A stretch of DNA of 64,000 nucleotides from Candidatus Cloacimonadales bacterium (GTDB lineage: Bacteria > Cloacimonadota > Cloacimonadia > Cloacimonadales > JAFGVF01), in the NCBI GenBank assembly GCA_963677495.2, contig CAXXOU010000001.1:544001-608000 (forward strand), read 5' to 3'. This document shows, one piece after another, positions 1-10,009 of the stretch (positions are counted from its first letter, which is position 1; the number at the start of each line of letters is the position of its first letter). Position numbers and translations under genes: made by a program. The notes under the pieces are model-generated. The model searched no databases. It had not been told where the DNA came from and saw nothing but the letters and a program-made list of their open reading frames with translations.

Positions 1-108
1 AATCTCTTTAAGCTCTTTGCTCAGCATTGAACTTCCTAAAGTAAAGAAACCGGCAGTAAATAGAGCAATAACGATAAGGAAAATAAGGTATTTTTGTCTC
101 ATATTCAT
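1..108 (-). CDS. 5' part of a probable PilO-like pilus alignment protein (runs off window edge)
   Basis: AGGAG RBS then ATG at 108. Translates MNMRQKYLIFLIVIALFTAGFFTLGSSMLSKELKEI (N-terminal TM helix). Directly follows pilM-pilN. Confidence 0.55.
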   Translation of the reverse strand, partial: MNMRQKYLIFLIVIALFTAGFFTLGSSMLSKELKEI

Positions 109-119
109 AATGTTACTCC

Positions 120-710
120 TTATCTCCTTCTACGTTTTGAGTATTTCTTGCCTACTGCATCAACTTGGAATCTGAGAATATCAGTATCCTTCTCTCTATC
201 TCTGGTAGATTTTACAAATTTGATATCAGGGAAGTCAGTACTTATCTGCTTATTCTGCTTTAAGCTTGTAATGAATGAGTCAATTAAGTCGAATTCTTTT
301 TCCTTTCTATCGATCTTTGTAAGACCATGAAGACTAAGAGTTCCTCTTTTAAATGAGAAATGAGTTATTGCAATACGCTTTTCTGTTTGCTCTGCTAATG
401 CTACAAGTTTCTTTGCCCAGAAGACTCTTTCATTGAAGATACGAGCCAATCTGTCAAGGTCATTACTTGATAAATAATCACCACTGGTCTTGTAGGATTC
501 TATCTGCTTGTTTATGTCTGATAACAGATCTTTTCTGTTTTGTACTTTCTGCTGTAAGTTTTTTTGTAAATATACAACAAAACCAAACATTATCAAACTT
601 CCGATGATAAATATTAAGAGAAAAGTAGTGAATACTTTTTTCTCTGTTTCTTGCTGCAATCGTAACTCACCATACTTATTAAGGTTTATTTTGAAATAGA
701 ATTGTTCCAT
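120..710 (-). CDS. pilN: PilN-like type IV pilus alignment protein
   Basis: N-terminal 'INLN' motif, TM helix, coiled coil and ferredoxin-like C-terminus. Immediately downstream of pilM. Confidence 0.7.
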   Translation of the reverse strand: MEQFYFKINLNKYGELRLQQETEKKVFTTFLLIFIIGSLIMFGFVVYLQKNLQQKVQNRKDLLSDINKQIESYKTSGDYLSSNDLDRLARIFNERVFWAKKLVALAEQTEKRIAITHFSFKRGTLSLHGLTKIDRKEKEFDLIDSFITSLKQNKQISTDFPDIKFVKSTRDREKDTDILRFQVDAVGKKYSKRRRR

Positions 711-719
711 TACTTCTCC

Positions 720-1790
720 TTATTCAGCTCTCATGGCAAGCCCGATAGCCAGACTTAACTGAGGATCCTGCTTATCCTTGAGCTTCTCAGGCATCTCTAA
801 ACCTACAAATGGATCAAATACTTCTGTAGGAATATTAACCTTTGATTCGATATATTCAGGTAACCCAATCAGTTTTGAAGAACCACCCATTAAGACGATT
901 TTACGATAGTCACTGTTACCAGCATCTTTCACGTAATATCTTAATGATCTTCTTAATTCTTCTACTATCTGCTCATGAGTAGATTTTTCTGAAATATCTA
1001 ACAAAGATATAGACTGAGAATCATCATTGGAATCACCTGATCCAATACCATTCTCGAATTTGTATTCTTCTGCTTCTTCAAATCCAAGATCTTTCTTTTT
1101 CATAATATCTTTAGTGAAGTTCATTCCACCAAGATTAATATCACGAGCAAAGAATTTTGATTTTGGACCGAAGATTACAAGATTAGTTCTGTGTGCACCA
1201 ATATTCAAGATAATATAGACTCCATCCTCTACCATTGTATTTAGGGCAAAACTGTTAGCTACAGCTAATGGATCTACATCCACCATATTAGCAGCTAAAC
1301 CTGCTTGTCCTAAAATATTGGTATGAGTTTGTACCATATCCTTAGTTGAAGCTGCTAACAATATATTCATATTATTAGTTTTCTCTTCAATATTAAGGAC
1401 TTGATAATCAAGCACCATCTCATTTCCTGAGATCGGAATATGTTTCTTTGCTTCGAAGAAAAGTGCTGATTCTAACTCTTCGTCAGGTAGGAATATTGTC
1501 TTAATCTGCTTAATACTGATATCGTCACCGCCGATAGAAGAAACTATATGTTTCATCTTTCTAGGCTTAATCTTTAAAGTTTTAAGCATTTCAGAAATTA
1601 CCGGTCCAAACCGGTCATTCCTTAAATCAGATAAGATATATTCAACCCCTAATGGGACTGTAGGTCTTATCTCATAGTTGAGAAGCTTAAAACCGTTATG
1701 GATTCTCTTGAGGTGTACCATTTTAACACTATGGCTACCGATATCAATTCCAAGAGATTCTTTAAATTTAACGGTTTTCTTTTTTTTCAT
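720..1790 (-). CDS. pilM: Type IV pilus assembly protein PilM (actin-like)
   Basis: LGIDIGSHSVK, EAKKHIPI, LNIGAHRT, LMGGSSKL and AIGLAMR motifs typical of PilM. Confidence 0.93.
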   Translation of the reverse strand: MKKKKTVKFKESLGIDIGSHSVKMVHLKRIHNGFKLLNYEIRPTVPLGVEYILSDLRNDRFGPVISEMLKTLKIKPRKMKHIVSSIGGDDISIKQIKTIFLPDEELESALFFEAKKHIPISGNEMVLDYQVLNIEEKTNNMNILLAASTKDMVQTHTNILGQAGLAANMVDVDPLAVANSFALNTMVEDGVYIILNIGAHRTNLVIFGPKSKFFARDINLGGMNFTKDIMKKKDLGFEEAEEYKFENGIGSGDSNDDSQSISLLDISEKSTHEQIVEELRRSLRYYVKDAGNSDYRKIVLMGGSSKLIGLPEYIESKVNIPTEVFDPFVGLEMPEKLKDKQDPQLSLAIGLAMRAE

Positions 1791-1814
1791 ATTGCCTCTT
1801 TAATCTTAATTATA

Positions 1815-3776
1815 TTAGAATGATGAAGGAGGTCGCTTAAATCTAGCGGATTCAGCATCGTATGGGCTGAGACCTCTTTCTACATGAACACTAGGATAAT
1901 GTGGTGGTTGTACTTGCTCGAATCTAGTGTCGAACATGTACTCTTTGTCATATCCTTCGCCTGATGTTGGGCAATTTCCACCATACTGAGTAACTCCAAC
2001 ATTTTCCGGGTCGTTAAAAGCCCAGACATTCTGAGCACGATTAGCATTGTCATAGTTGGATCTATGAACATAACCGCGGCGACGTTGAGCTACTGAACCA
2101 AATAGATATATCGCTCCACGCTCTCCAGCCATAGAATTTGTTGTTCCATTTAACTCAGGATACAACGGATTATAGAATGGATAATCCAAGTTCCCAGGCC
2201 AATTGTTTTGTCCTGTTGTTGGTCCAAAAGGAATTATCTGACCATAATCTGTTGGTTGGTAACCAAGAGCTGGGATAAATGACATTCCTACTAAATCAGG
2301 ATATGGAATATGAACATCAGTAAATACTGTATCCAACTCCGGATCATAGATAGTAGGTAAACCACCTAATTGGGCGTAAATGACACTCGGATGTGTAGAT
2401 AAATGTGGATGCATGTATTCAAAAGTAAATACACCATCATAATTAGGATTTTCCTCATCTTCTCCAAGAGCACACAATGCAGCATAAATATAAATATCAT
2501 TACTGTTTGGATGTCTTCTTGGATACACACCATCTACTGGCCCTGCTGTTAAATCAGGCATACCATATTTGATAACTATGCTTTCCTCAGAAACGATTCC
2601 AACATAGTCAGTTCTATTCATATGCAGTGGATCATCAGGTGACTCGCCTTGACCTGTTCCACCAAGTAGTATACTACCTGCTAAGAACAAAGTATCTGAG
2701 CAAGCCCATGTCTGAGCCCCTGTAAATGTGCCTTCAAGCCAGAGCTGTGCACCGTCAATCATAACTGAACCACCGTTAGGACAGGTTACAGATAACGCTG
2801 ACCAGATTGTATCTTTATGCGTCATCAAGTTAACAGCAGTTCTATCTTTTACTAATGAATATGGCCAATCAGTTCCTTCGCTATCTGTCCACACATCAGG
2901 ATCAGGAACAAGATTTATTAGTGAGTCAATCCCACCATAAGTAATAGTTCCCATATAGCCTTCAGTGGAAGCACCTAAAGAATTGATATACAATATATCA
3001 CCAGATACATCTATAGTAGTACCAAATGCTCTAATTTCATCTGCTGATGGATTAAAAACAAGCTCACCGGCTTCCTCTTCGTATCCATCTCTGAAAATTT
3101 GATCCATCGGACCGGCACCATTATGCCAGTTAATAGTTCCGGAAGTTGATACATGACCAAAGAAACATGGCCAAGAACCATTATATTGGTTATTACCACC
3201 ATTCTGAATAGTAATGCTACTATTACTGTGAATTCTTCCGTAAATAACGTCATTTCCCCAAAATCTTACATCTGTATCATTTGTTGAAAGTTCGTTATCT
3301 GTAAAATAGTGATATCCTGCAAATGACATCTGTTCAAGATCCCATTCGCCATACTTTTGTATACTTGACTCATTCTTACTGGTGATGAATCCTGATAATG
3401 ATCCTCTTTTACCACGAACGAGACTTTGTACTACACTACCAGAAGCTACAGAGTTGTCTCCAGCATTATATTCTGCTTTGGGAACAAGCTTTGTCTTCAT
3501 ATAGTAGCTTCTACGCATGTTTTTTGAATTTAATTGAACTCTCCGTTCAGGGAAAGCCAATGTTCCTGCATAATTAACGCTTCTCTTAACATACAATCCT
3601 CTATCTAACTCTGATCTTAGAAGATGAAGTTCCTGTAAGGCATCATACTGTAATGAGTATGTAGCTGTATCCATGTTTGACATCACTGCCATTGCAATAC
3701 TAGAGAGTACTGCAATTATTGCAACAACAATCGCTAAGGATAAACTACCTTTCTGATTAGATGTAATTCTATTCAT
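1815..3776 (-). CDS. Large PilX/GspK-like minor pilin with extended C-terminal domain
   Basis: Prepilin-like NQKG|SLSLAIVVAII lacking Glu5, as in PilX/GspK. AGGAG RBS favours the ATG at 3776 over the GTG at 3782. Follows two other minor pilins. Confidence 0.7.
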   Translation of the reverse strand: MNRITSNQKGSLSLAIVVAIIAVLSSIAMAVMSNMDTATYSLQYDALQELHLLRSELDRGLYVKRSVNYAGTLAFPERRVQLNSKNMRRSYYMKTKLVPKAEYNAGDNSVASGSVVQSLVRGKRGSLSGFITSKNESSIQKYGEWDLEQMSFAGYHYFTDNELSTNDTDVRFWGNDVIYGRIHSNSSITIQNGGNNQYNGSWPCFFGHVSTSGTINWHNGAGPMDQIFRDGYEEEAGELVFNPSADEIRAFGTTIDVSGDILYINSLGASTEGYMGTITYGGIDSLINLVPDPDVWTDSEGTDWPYSLVKDRTAVNLMTHKDTIWSALSVTCPNGGSVMIDGAQLWLEGTFTGAQTWACSDTLFLAGSILLGGTGQGESPDDPLHMNRTDYVGIVSEESIVIKYGMPDLTAGPVDGVYPRRHPNSNDIYIYAALCALGEDEENPNYDGVFTFEYMHPHLSTHPSVIYAQLGGLPTIYDPELDTVFTDVHIPYPDLVGMSFIPALGYQPTDYGQIIPFGPTTGQNNWPGNLDYPFYNPLYPELNGTTNSMAGERGAIYLFGSVAQRRRGYVHRSNYDNANRAQNVWAFNDPENVGVTQYGGNCPTSGEGYDKEYMFDTRFEQVQPPHYPSVHVERGLSPYDAESARFKRPPSSF

Positions 3777-3787
3777 TTTCACTCCTT

Positions 3788-4435
3788 TTACTCAGCCCCA
3801 GAGCTACTTTCAGTTGTACTTTGTTTGTTAATTATCGTAGTCATAGTAGTCTTATATCTTACAGGGAATACTTTTCCTTTGTGCCTTAACTCGGCTTGTA
3901 GTTCAACATCTACCAGTCTACCCGGATTAATCTGATTAAGTCCGCTATTCACCTGATTAAGCATAGTAACGCTAAAATTAGTTACTGAAATTTTATCGTC
4001 ATACTTTGCTGGGAATAGAACAATCGGTGATGGAGGTCCTACTGATTGATAAAGGTATGTTCCCTTTATCTGGCCATCATCAAGATAATACTCGGAAAAG
4101 TCGAAATATCCACCCTGTTGAATTGAAGGTACTACTCTAACACCCCTTCCTTCAATATTGCTAAAACCTCTGGTTACTCTTAGTTCATTAGCACTAGCAA
4201 CACCATAGAAATAGGTTTCAGTGCCTGATCCAAGAGGTAATCCATATTTAACAGTATTAAGAGTGTTGAATGCTTCTTGATAGAGATAAGTCCGTAACCT
4301 GTATTCTTCATACTTATTGAAGAATGCAAGTATGGCCCAGATTGCACCAACAGCTACAACAACAGATAACATAACGGATGCCATTACCTCAGTAATAGTG
4401 TATCCATTTTCTGATTTAATATTATATCTTCTCAT
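3788..4435 (-). CDS. Minor pilin (PilW-like), 215 aa
   Basis: ENG|YTITEVMASV prepilin cleavage motif. Real start is MRRYN at 4435; the longer ORF call overlaps the upstream gene. Confidence 0.8.
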   Translation of the reverse strand: MRRYNIKSENGYTITEVMASVMLSVVVAVGAIWAILAFFNKYEEYRLRTYLYQEAFNTLNTVKYGLPLGSGTETYFYGVASANELRVTRGFSNIEGRGVRVVPSIQQGGYFDFSEYYLDDGQIKGTYLYQSVGPPSPIVLFPAKYDDKISVTNFSVTMLNQVNSGLNQINPGRLVDVELQAELRHKGKVFPVRYKTTMTTIINKQSTTESSSGAE

Positions 4436-4445
4436 ATTATCCGTC

Positions 4446-4865
4446 CTAGTCTCTATAGAAATCTTCACGAAGAACGATTTCTCTCTGTTCGTCATCTGCG
4501 GGTTCCGTCCACTGAACACGAATCTCAATTGCTTTGTAAGGGATGTTTTGAAGAACGATATCCGGTGGAACAACGGCTAAATCTTCATACCACATTGTTC
4601 CATTGATTCTAATAGGTCCTTGATCGTCTATCAACACTGATTTAGACTGGAATGGTTGCAGCTGTTTTCCATAAGTATTATATGAAAATCTCTGCTTGTC
4701 AAGCTCACCGGCTGCATGCCAGAGAGCTACGCGATCATGATAGTTCCGAACTATCTGACGCTCAACATACACGATCCCAATGTAAAGTGCAATAGATGCG
4801 ATCACAACTATGATAGCAGAAGCTATTACTTCCGCAAGTGTAAAACCGTTTTCGTTCTTATACAT
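4446..4865 (-). CDS. Minor pilin (PilV-like)
   Basis: ENG|FTLAEVIASAII N-methylation motif; C-terminal IEIRVQWTE strand. Confidence 0.8.
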   Translation of the reverse strand: MYKNENGFTLAEVIASAIIVVIASIALYIGIVYVERQIVRNYHDRVALWHAAGELDKQRFSYNTYGKQLQPFQSKSVLIDDQGPIRINGTMWYEDLAVVPPDIVLQNIPYKAIEIRVQWTEPADDEQREIVLREDFYRD

Positions 4866-4876
4866 ATGTTTGTCTT

Positions 4877-5932
4877 TTAGAAGCCTACGCCTGTGGCGAA
4901 CATCTTCTTGTTATCAGCAAGCTGCTCTGCTAATTGACGGTCAACATGACCATTCATAACTAAGTTATACAGAGATTGATCTTTAGTCTGCATACCCTCT
5001 TTCGTTCCGGATTGAATAACAGATGGAATCTGATATGTCTTCTCTTCACGAATAAGGTTTCTTACAGCTGAATTTGCAATCATAATCTCTAAGGCAGGAA
5101 TACGACCTTTTCCATCTTTAGTTGGAAGAAGAGTCTGCGAAATAACTGCTTCAAGTGATTCTGAAAGCATAGATCTAACTTGTTGCTGCTGTTCTTTTGG
5201 GAACATATCAATGATACGGTCGATAGATTTTGTTGCACTACTTGTATGAAGAGTTGCAAACACAAGGTGACCGGTTTCAGCTGCTGTAAGCGCAAGTGAA
5301 ACTGTTTCAAGGTCACGCATCTCACCGACGAGAATTACATCCGGATCTTCACGAAGTGCTGAGCGAAGCGCAGCTGTGAATGACCATGTATCATGTCCTA
5401 ATTCCCTTTGGTTGATTAATGAGTTCTTACTTTTGTGTACAAACTCAATTGGATCTTCGATTGTAATAATATGACAAGCTTTCTTGTCATTAATGTGATC
5501 AATCATCGTTGCCAAAGTTGTTGACTTACCACTACCGGTTGGTCCTGTAACCAGGATTAATCCCTTTTCTTTGTAACAAAGTTTTCTCATTGACTCCGGA
5601 ATATGGAGTTCTTCGAAACCTTTGATTTCATTTGGGATAACACGGAAAGCAGCCGCCAATCCATTGATCTGATGGAATGCGTTTACACGGAATCTTACAT
5701 CATTAGAAAGCTTACATGAAAAGTCAAACTCAAGGTTCTTCTTAAACAAAGCTTTCTGAGCATCTGTCATTACTCCAAATATCAGATGAGCAATTTCCTC
5801 GTCTGATAATAAAGGAATGTTAAGACGCTTCATTAATCCGTTCACACGCACCATCGGATGTGAACCTGCACTAATGTGAAGGTCAGAAGCTCCGGCGTCA
5901 GATGTAAACTTCAATAATTCCTGAATCGTCAA
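4877..5932 (-). CDS. pilT: Type IV pilus retraction ATPase PilT
   Basis: ASDLH, GPTGSGKST Walker A, TIEDPIE, LREDPDVILVGEMRD, TGHLVFATLHT and AVRNLIRE (AIRNLIRE-like) motifs. TTG start. Confidence 0.96.
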   Translation of the reverse strand: MTIQELLKFTSDAGASDLHISAGSHPMVRVNGLMKRLNIPLLSDEEIAHLIFGVMTDAQKALFKKNLEFDFSCKLSNDVRFRVNAFHQINGLAAAFRVIPNEIKGFEELHIPESMRKLCYKEKGLILVTGPTGSGKSTTLATMIDHINDKKACHIITIEDPIEFVHKSKNSLINQRELGHDTWSFTAALRSALREDPDVILVGEMRDLETVSLALTAAETGHLVFATLHTSSATKSIDRIIDMFPKEQQQQVRSMLSESLEAVISQTLLPTKDGKGRIPALEIMIANSAVRNLIREEKTYQIPSVIQSGTKEGMQTKDQSLYNLVMNGHVDRQLAEQLADNKKMFATGVGF

Positions 5933-5999
5933 TTTTTCCTCCAGTAGACACCCTAACTATGGGTATCCAAATTACTGTGAAATAGTCGCCTTAAAGCGA

Positions 6000-6431
6000 T
6001 TATTCTGCTCCGCCGGAATCGATGTCAGTCCACTCATCAATACCATAACCATGATAAGCAGCTTCATCTTCATCGTACCATACCTGCTTGCCTTCGCCTG
6101 CAGGGAAATCAGCTGTAGAAGTAGCAAGATACTTCTTAGGTGGGTTTCCAACTACTTCGAAATCCCAGTTTGTTTCTGTGCCTTTACCAAGTTTTGCTTC
6201 ATCCATTGCATCTTCAATTGTGAAGTCGTCTGTTGTTCCGTAGTTTTGTAATCTGATGTCATAAGCATTTCTGATAGCTCTTAAAGCTGTCTGAGCTTCT
6301 GTAGATCTTGATTTCTCAACATAGCGCATATAGCGTGGAACTGCAAACGCCGCAAGGATAGCAACGATGATAACAACAACAAGGATCTCGATAAGTGTAA
6401 ATCCTTTCTGATTCTTAAGGTAACGTGACAT
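6000..6431 (-). CDS. pilA: Type IVa major pilin
   Basis: QKG|FTLIEILVVVIIVAILAAFAVPRY. Strong AGGAGG RBS; first gene of the cluster. Confidence 0.85.
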   Translation of the reverse strand: MSRYLKNQKGFTLIEILVVVIIVAILAAFAVPRYMRYVEKSRSTEAQTALRAIRNAYDIRLQNYGTTDDFTIEDAMDEAKLGKGTETNWDFEVVGNPPKKYLATSTADFPAGEGKQVWYDEDEAAYHGYGIDEWTDIDSGGAE

Positions 6432-6473
6432 GGGTTCCTCCTGTCTTTAGATTTTGATACGTTTTTTATGTTT

Positions 6474-6489
6474 TGCACATTTTATGCCA
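6474..6489 (-). promoter_or_regulatory. Sigma54 (-24/-12) promoter of the pilin gene
   Basis: Minus strand TGGCATAAAATGTGCA matches TGGCACN5TTGCW with exact GG-N10-GC spacing, about 45 bp upstream of the pilin start. Confidence 0.7.
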
Positions 6490-6860
6490 AAAACACACTT
6501 TTTACGCAATATTTACATTTGGATAATAAAACAATACCGCTTATTGAAGTCAAATAAAAATTTGCTTTCTTTCACCTTTTGTCTTCTTCTAAATTCTTTA
6601 CTGCGTAATATGTAAATTTTTAGTTGGCTCAACATCATGCATTTACAGCTTTATTTGTTTTGTGCATTATTTTCGATAAGTTAAGCTTTCTGATTGAACA
6701 CTAAATAGTTAGCTAATAATATTGGAACAGCCCTTTTTCATACTCTTAACAAAGCATATTCTTACTTATATTTTGAGAAAAAGCTGCTGCAACACTATTA
6801 CTTTATTTTCACCTCCTTCACTTGTTAACTCTGTTACAAAAGCTGATTACGAAGTTGGCA

Positions 6861-7544
6861 CTACTTCTCAACAGCACTAAATTTAAACGTCCTAGAAACT
6901 ATCGCAGTACCAAACTCGTTGTATGGTTCAACACTCCAATAGTAATCCTTTCCACTTTCGACATTAACTTTGATCTTGCATTCCTGAATATCAGCTATCT
7001 CTTTTAGATACTGTTCATCTAAACCGATGTAGACACGATATCCATCTACCCTATCAACGGGTTCCCACACTAATGAAGCCTTAGCTCCGTTTTCAATAAT
7101 CGTCACATTAACTTCTTCCAATATTGGAGCAGGAGGGGCATCATATGTTGATAATCTAATCAAATCCGGATATAATTCAAAACTATTTTTTTGTTCTGTT
7201 TGTATATCAACTTGCGCATGAGCACCTGTACTTAGCTCTAATAAATAAACAGTTACTACATCTCCATCCTCAAGAGCATTTACGAAATCAGCTGTTTGTA
7301 CTTGTACAAATACTTCATTTTGTCCTTCAGGGACTAAATATTTAGAAGAGATTGAATTCTCAATGCTCAACACATCATTCGGATAGTTCGCACGCCAAGC
7401 TTCCCAATAAAGATTTTCCTCAGGAACCATCTCTCCAGATTCATTAACAAACCTTGTATAAACTGTATGAGGCATAGTCATTGGTTGTGAAACAAGTGCA
7501 ACCACGACTAGCATCATGCATACCACACTGTAACATCTATTCAT
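6861..7544 (-). CDS. Secreted protein: N-terminal domain shared with 8376..9995 plus one Fn3-like domain
   Basis: Signal peptide; PHT...QVQTADF...STG...VDI aligns with the N-terminus of the 539-aa protein; DGYRVY...YYWSVEPYN Fn3-like motif. Confidence 0.7.
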   Translation of the reverse strand: MNRCYSVVCMMLVVVALVSQPMTMPHTVYTRFVNESGEMVPEENLYWEAWRANYPNDVLSIENSISSKYLVPEGQNEVFVQVQTADFVNALEDGDVVTVYLLELSTGAHAQVDIQTEQKNSFELYPDLIRLSTYDAPPAPILEEVNVTIIENGAKASLVWEPVDRVDGYRVYIGLDEQYLKEIADIQECKIKVNVESGKDYYWSVEPYNEFGTAIVSRTFKFSAVEK

Positions 7545-8301
7545 TCATTTTACCCTTTCTCGCAATAATAATCATACGGTCGCTATCATCACCATAAGGT
7601 GTAAAGCTAAAGTCACCATACGATTCAATAATAACAAACCCTATTGAGTTTAGTAAAGTTTTTATTTCATAGTAATCAATACTTCGTAATTTCAATGTAT
7701 GCAAGAACTCTTTTTTTTCTGTATTCTTCACAACATATCTATCATTCCACGTAATTATTTTAGAATTATTGTCTACGATGTGACTTGTATACATTTCAAC
7801 TTCACAGTCAAACCTTTCATGATATTTTGTATACAATTTAACTTCCCGCTGTATAAAAGGCAAATCACATACAGATGGATCAAGATCAAGACAAATCACA
7901 CCTTCAGAGCCTATAAGCTTACTCATATTCTGCAAGGCCAGTAATTGATCACTTTCATTAAGTATGTACTGAAATGTTGTATATGATACTATACATATGC
8001 TATATTGTGTATTATCGTTATATGTCAGCATATCTCCTAATTTGGGCTCATAATTGTCATCATCGTTATCAATCGACATCTTATCTACAAATGCCTGAGC
8101 ATTATCCACAGCAGTTACTTTGAGCCCATTTTGGGCAAGATACTTACTGATCCGGCCAGATCCCGCACCAAACTCTATAACGTTACCGGGATATTTAGTG
8201 CATAGTGTTAGCCACATTTCTATATCCAGTGACTGCTCAGCATTAAAATGTGAAAACTCCCAATCATAGAAATCAATAAAGTCATTCCAGTTTGTACTCA
8301 T
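7537..8301 (-). CDS. Class I SAM-dependent methyltransferase
   Basis: IEFGAGSGR motif I, VTAVD, GDM, and C-terminal YGDFSF...RMIIIARK. Confidence 0.88.
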   Translation of the reverse strand: MSTNWNDFIDFYDWEFSHFNAEQSLDIEMWLTLCTKYPGNVIEFGAGSGRISKYLAQNGLKVTAVDNAQAFVDKMSIDNDDDNYEPKLGDMLTYNDNTQYSICIVSYTTFQYILNESDQLLALQNMSKLIGSEGVICLDLDPSVCDLPFIQREVKLYTKYHERFDCEVEMYTSHIVDNNSKIITWNDRYVVKNTEKKEFLHTLKLRSIDYYEIKTLLNSIGFVIIESYGDFSFTPYGDDSDRMIIIARKGKMNE

Positions 8302-8332
8302 AGAAACCTTATCATTAATTGTAGATACAAGA

Positions 8333-8357
8333 AAAGGGCAGGATAAACCTGCCCTTT
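8333..8357 (-). terminator. Intrinsic terminator
   Basis: AAAGGGCAGG-ataaa-CCTGCCCTTT hairpin with a U-run on the minus strand, just after the 8376 stop. Confidence 0.8.
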
Positions 8358-8375
8358 AATATATCTATCTTAACC

Positions 8376-9995
8376 TTATTTTACAACAACAACTTTCTTA
8401 GTAGCTGTGTTTGAAGGTGAAGAAAGTCTGAAGAAATAGATACCGCTTCCGCAGTTTCTACCATTAGCATCAGTACCATCCCATTTGATTTCACGGCTTT
8501 CGTTTGCTGTGAAGTTACGTACAGCCTGACCAAGAACGTTGTAAACAGTAATGTTAGCAACTTCGCCGTCTTTAACTGAAACGTTAAGAGTTGTTTCTGT
8601 GCCGAATGGGTTTGGATATGCATTACCCATGATTGTACGAGTAACAGGAACTACAGATTCAGCATCGATAGTGATAGGTTCTGATTTGTGTAAGTCAATC
8701 TGACCATCGATATCAATACATTCTACCCAGTAGTAGTATGTGTAGTTATCTTCTACTTCATTATCAACAACTTTATAAGTTGAAGCTTGGTTGTTAGGAA
8801 CAACTGAAGTAAGTAAAGCAGCATCTTCAAATGCTTCTACATCTGTTCTGTATACGTTGAATGTAGCTAAGTCAGATTCTGAAGCTGTTTCCCATGTAAG
8901 TTCAACAGCAACGTCACCGTCTACAGCCATCTGTGCAGCTGCGAATGTAGCAAATTCAACAGCAAGAGGTTCTGGATTGTCCTGCCAGATTACGAAATCT
9001 TCAGCAGATTTTGCAACTGAGAAAGTACAATCGAATGTTACTGTACCAACACCCCAAACGATGTTAGCGATTGGTGCATTACCAAGATTTTCAAGCATAG
9101 CAAGACCTAAATCTGCAATAGTATGAGCTAATGTTAATGTAAGAACACCATCATAACTAATTGTGATCTGATACTGAGCATTGAAAGTATCTTCTGGTTG
9201 CATTCCTGAACCTGTACCGTCACCTGTTTCTGTTACTGTAGGAGTTGGAACGTCTTCTGGAACGTCACCGAATGTAACACCATCAGCTGGGTTATCATCA
9301 TAATCTACAGTTGTGAATGACCATACTGGGCAGTTTGGAGCATCACCGGCATTGTTAGTAGGAACAATCTGCCAGTAGTAAGTTGTACCATAATTAACTG
9401 TTGGGTTGTAGAAAAGGTCAGCCTGTTCCATAACCATAGTCATTGGTGGGTTATCTGTGCCAAAATAAATTTTGTATGCATCTGCATTAGGTTCTGCATT
9501 CCACTGAATGTCAGCATCAACTGCAACATCAACAGCTGCATCAGCAGGCATTAATAAAGTAGTTGCAGCAGGAGCTACAGGACCGTCACTCATCATTTGG
9601 ATTGGTGTATATGTCGCATCCCATACATCTGAACCAGCAGATGTTAATGTAATATCTACATCTAAATAGTCACCAGTTGAAACTTGTTCAATATGAATGC
9701 TTACAACTTGACCAGCAGCCCATGGGTTTGCAAAGTCAGCACATTGTACCTGAAGCATTGACATAGCACCTTGAGGACCCATAATTGATGGATAAAATGC
9801 AGTTGAAAGTGATGTAGTTGGATCCAAAATGTCACCAGGATGATCAACTAAACGTTCAGCAGTCCAAGTCACATCAGCTGCATCAACTGTTGCACCAGCA
9901 TTATTTGTAAAACCAACAATTGCAGTATGTGGTTGTGCAATTATAACGCCTACAAGACCGATTAATAAAAATAATGAAATCAGAATTTTTTTCAT
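8376..9995 (-). CDS. Secreted protein with Fn3-like domain and FlgD-Ig/T9SS-type C-terminal domain
   Basis: Signal peptide; YFGTDNPP..YYWQIVP..WSFTT; PLAVEFATF...LTWETASE; AYPNPF...YNVLGQ...WDGTD...SGIYF...KKVVVVK. Confidence 0.85.
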   Translation of the reverse strand: MKKILISLFLLIGLVGVIIAQPHTAIVGFTNNAGATVDAADVTWTAERLVDHPGDILDPTTSLSTAFYPSIMGPQGAMSMLQVQCADFANPWAAGQVVSIHIEQVSTGDYLDVDITLTSAGSDVWDATYTPIQMMSDGPVAPAATTLLMPADAAVDVAVDADIQWNAEPNADAYKIYFGTDNPPMTMVMEQADLFYNPTVNYGTTYYWQIVPTNNAGDAPNCPVWSFTTVDYDDNPADGVTFGDVPEDVPTPTVTETGDGTGSGMQPEDTFNAQYQITISYDGVLTLTLAHTIADLGLAMLENLGNAPIANIVWGVGTVTFDCTFSVAKSAEDFVIWQDNPEPLAVEFATFAAAQMAVDGDVAVELTWETASESDLATFNVYRTDVEAFEDAALLTSVVPNNQASTYKVVDNEVEDNYTYYYWVECIDIDGQIDLHKSEPITIDAESVVPVTRTIMGNAYPNPFGTETTLNVSVKDGEVANITVYNVLGQAVRNFTANESREIKWDGTDANGRNCGSGIYFFRLSSPSNTATKKVVVVK

Positions 9996-10009
9996 CTTTT
10001 ACCTCTTTT

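Noticed and set aside
3788..6020. Major pilin and PilW-like pilin both end in GAE*
   Set aside because: Only 3-5 residues; likely coincidence or purine-rich sequence near downstream RBSs.
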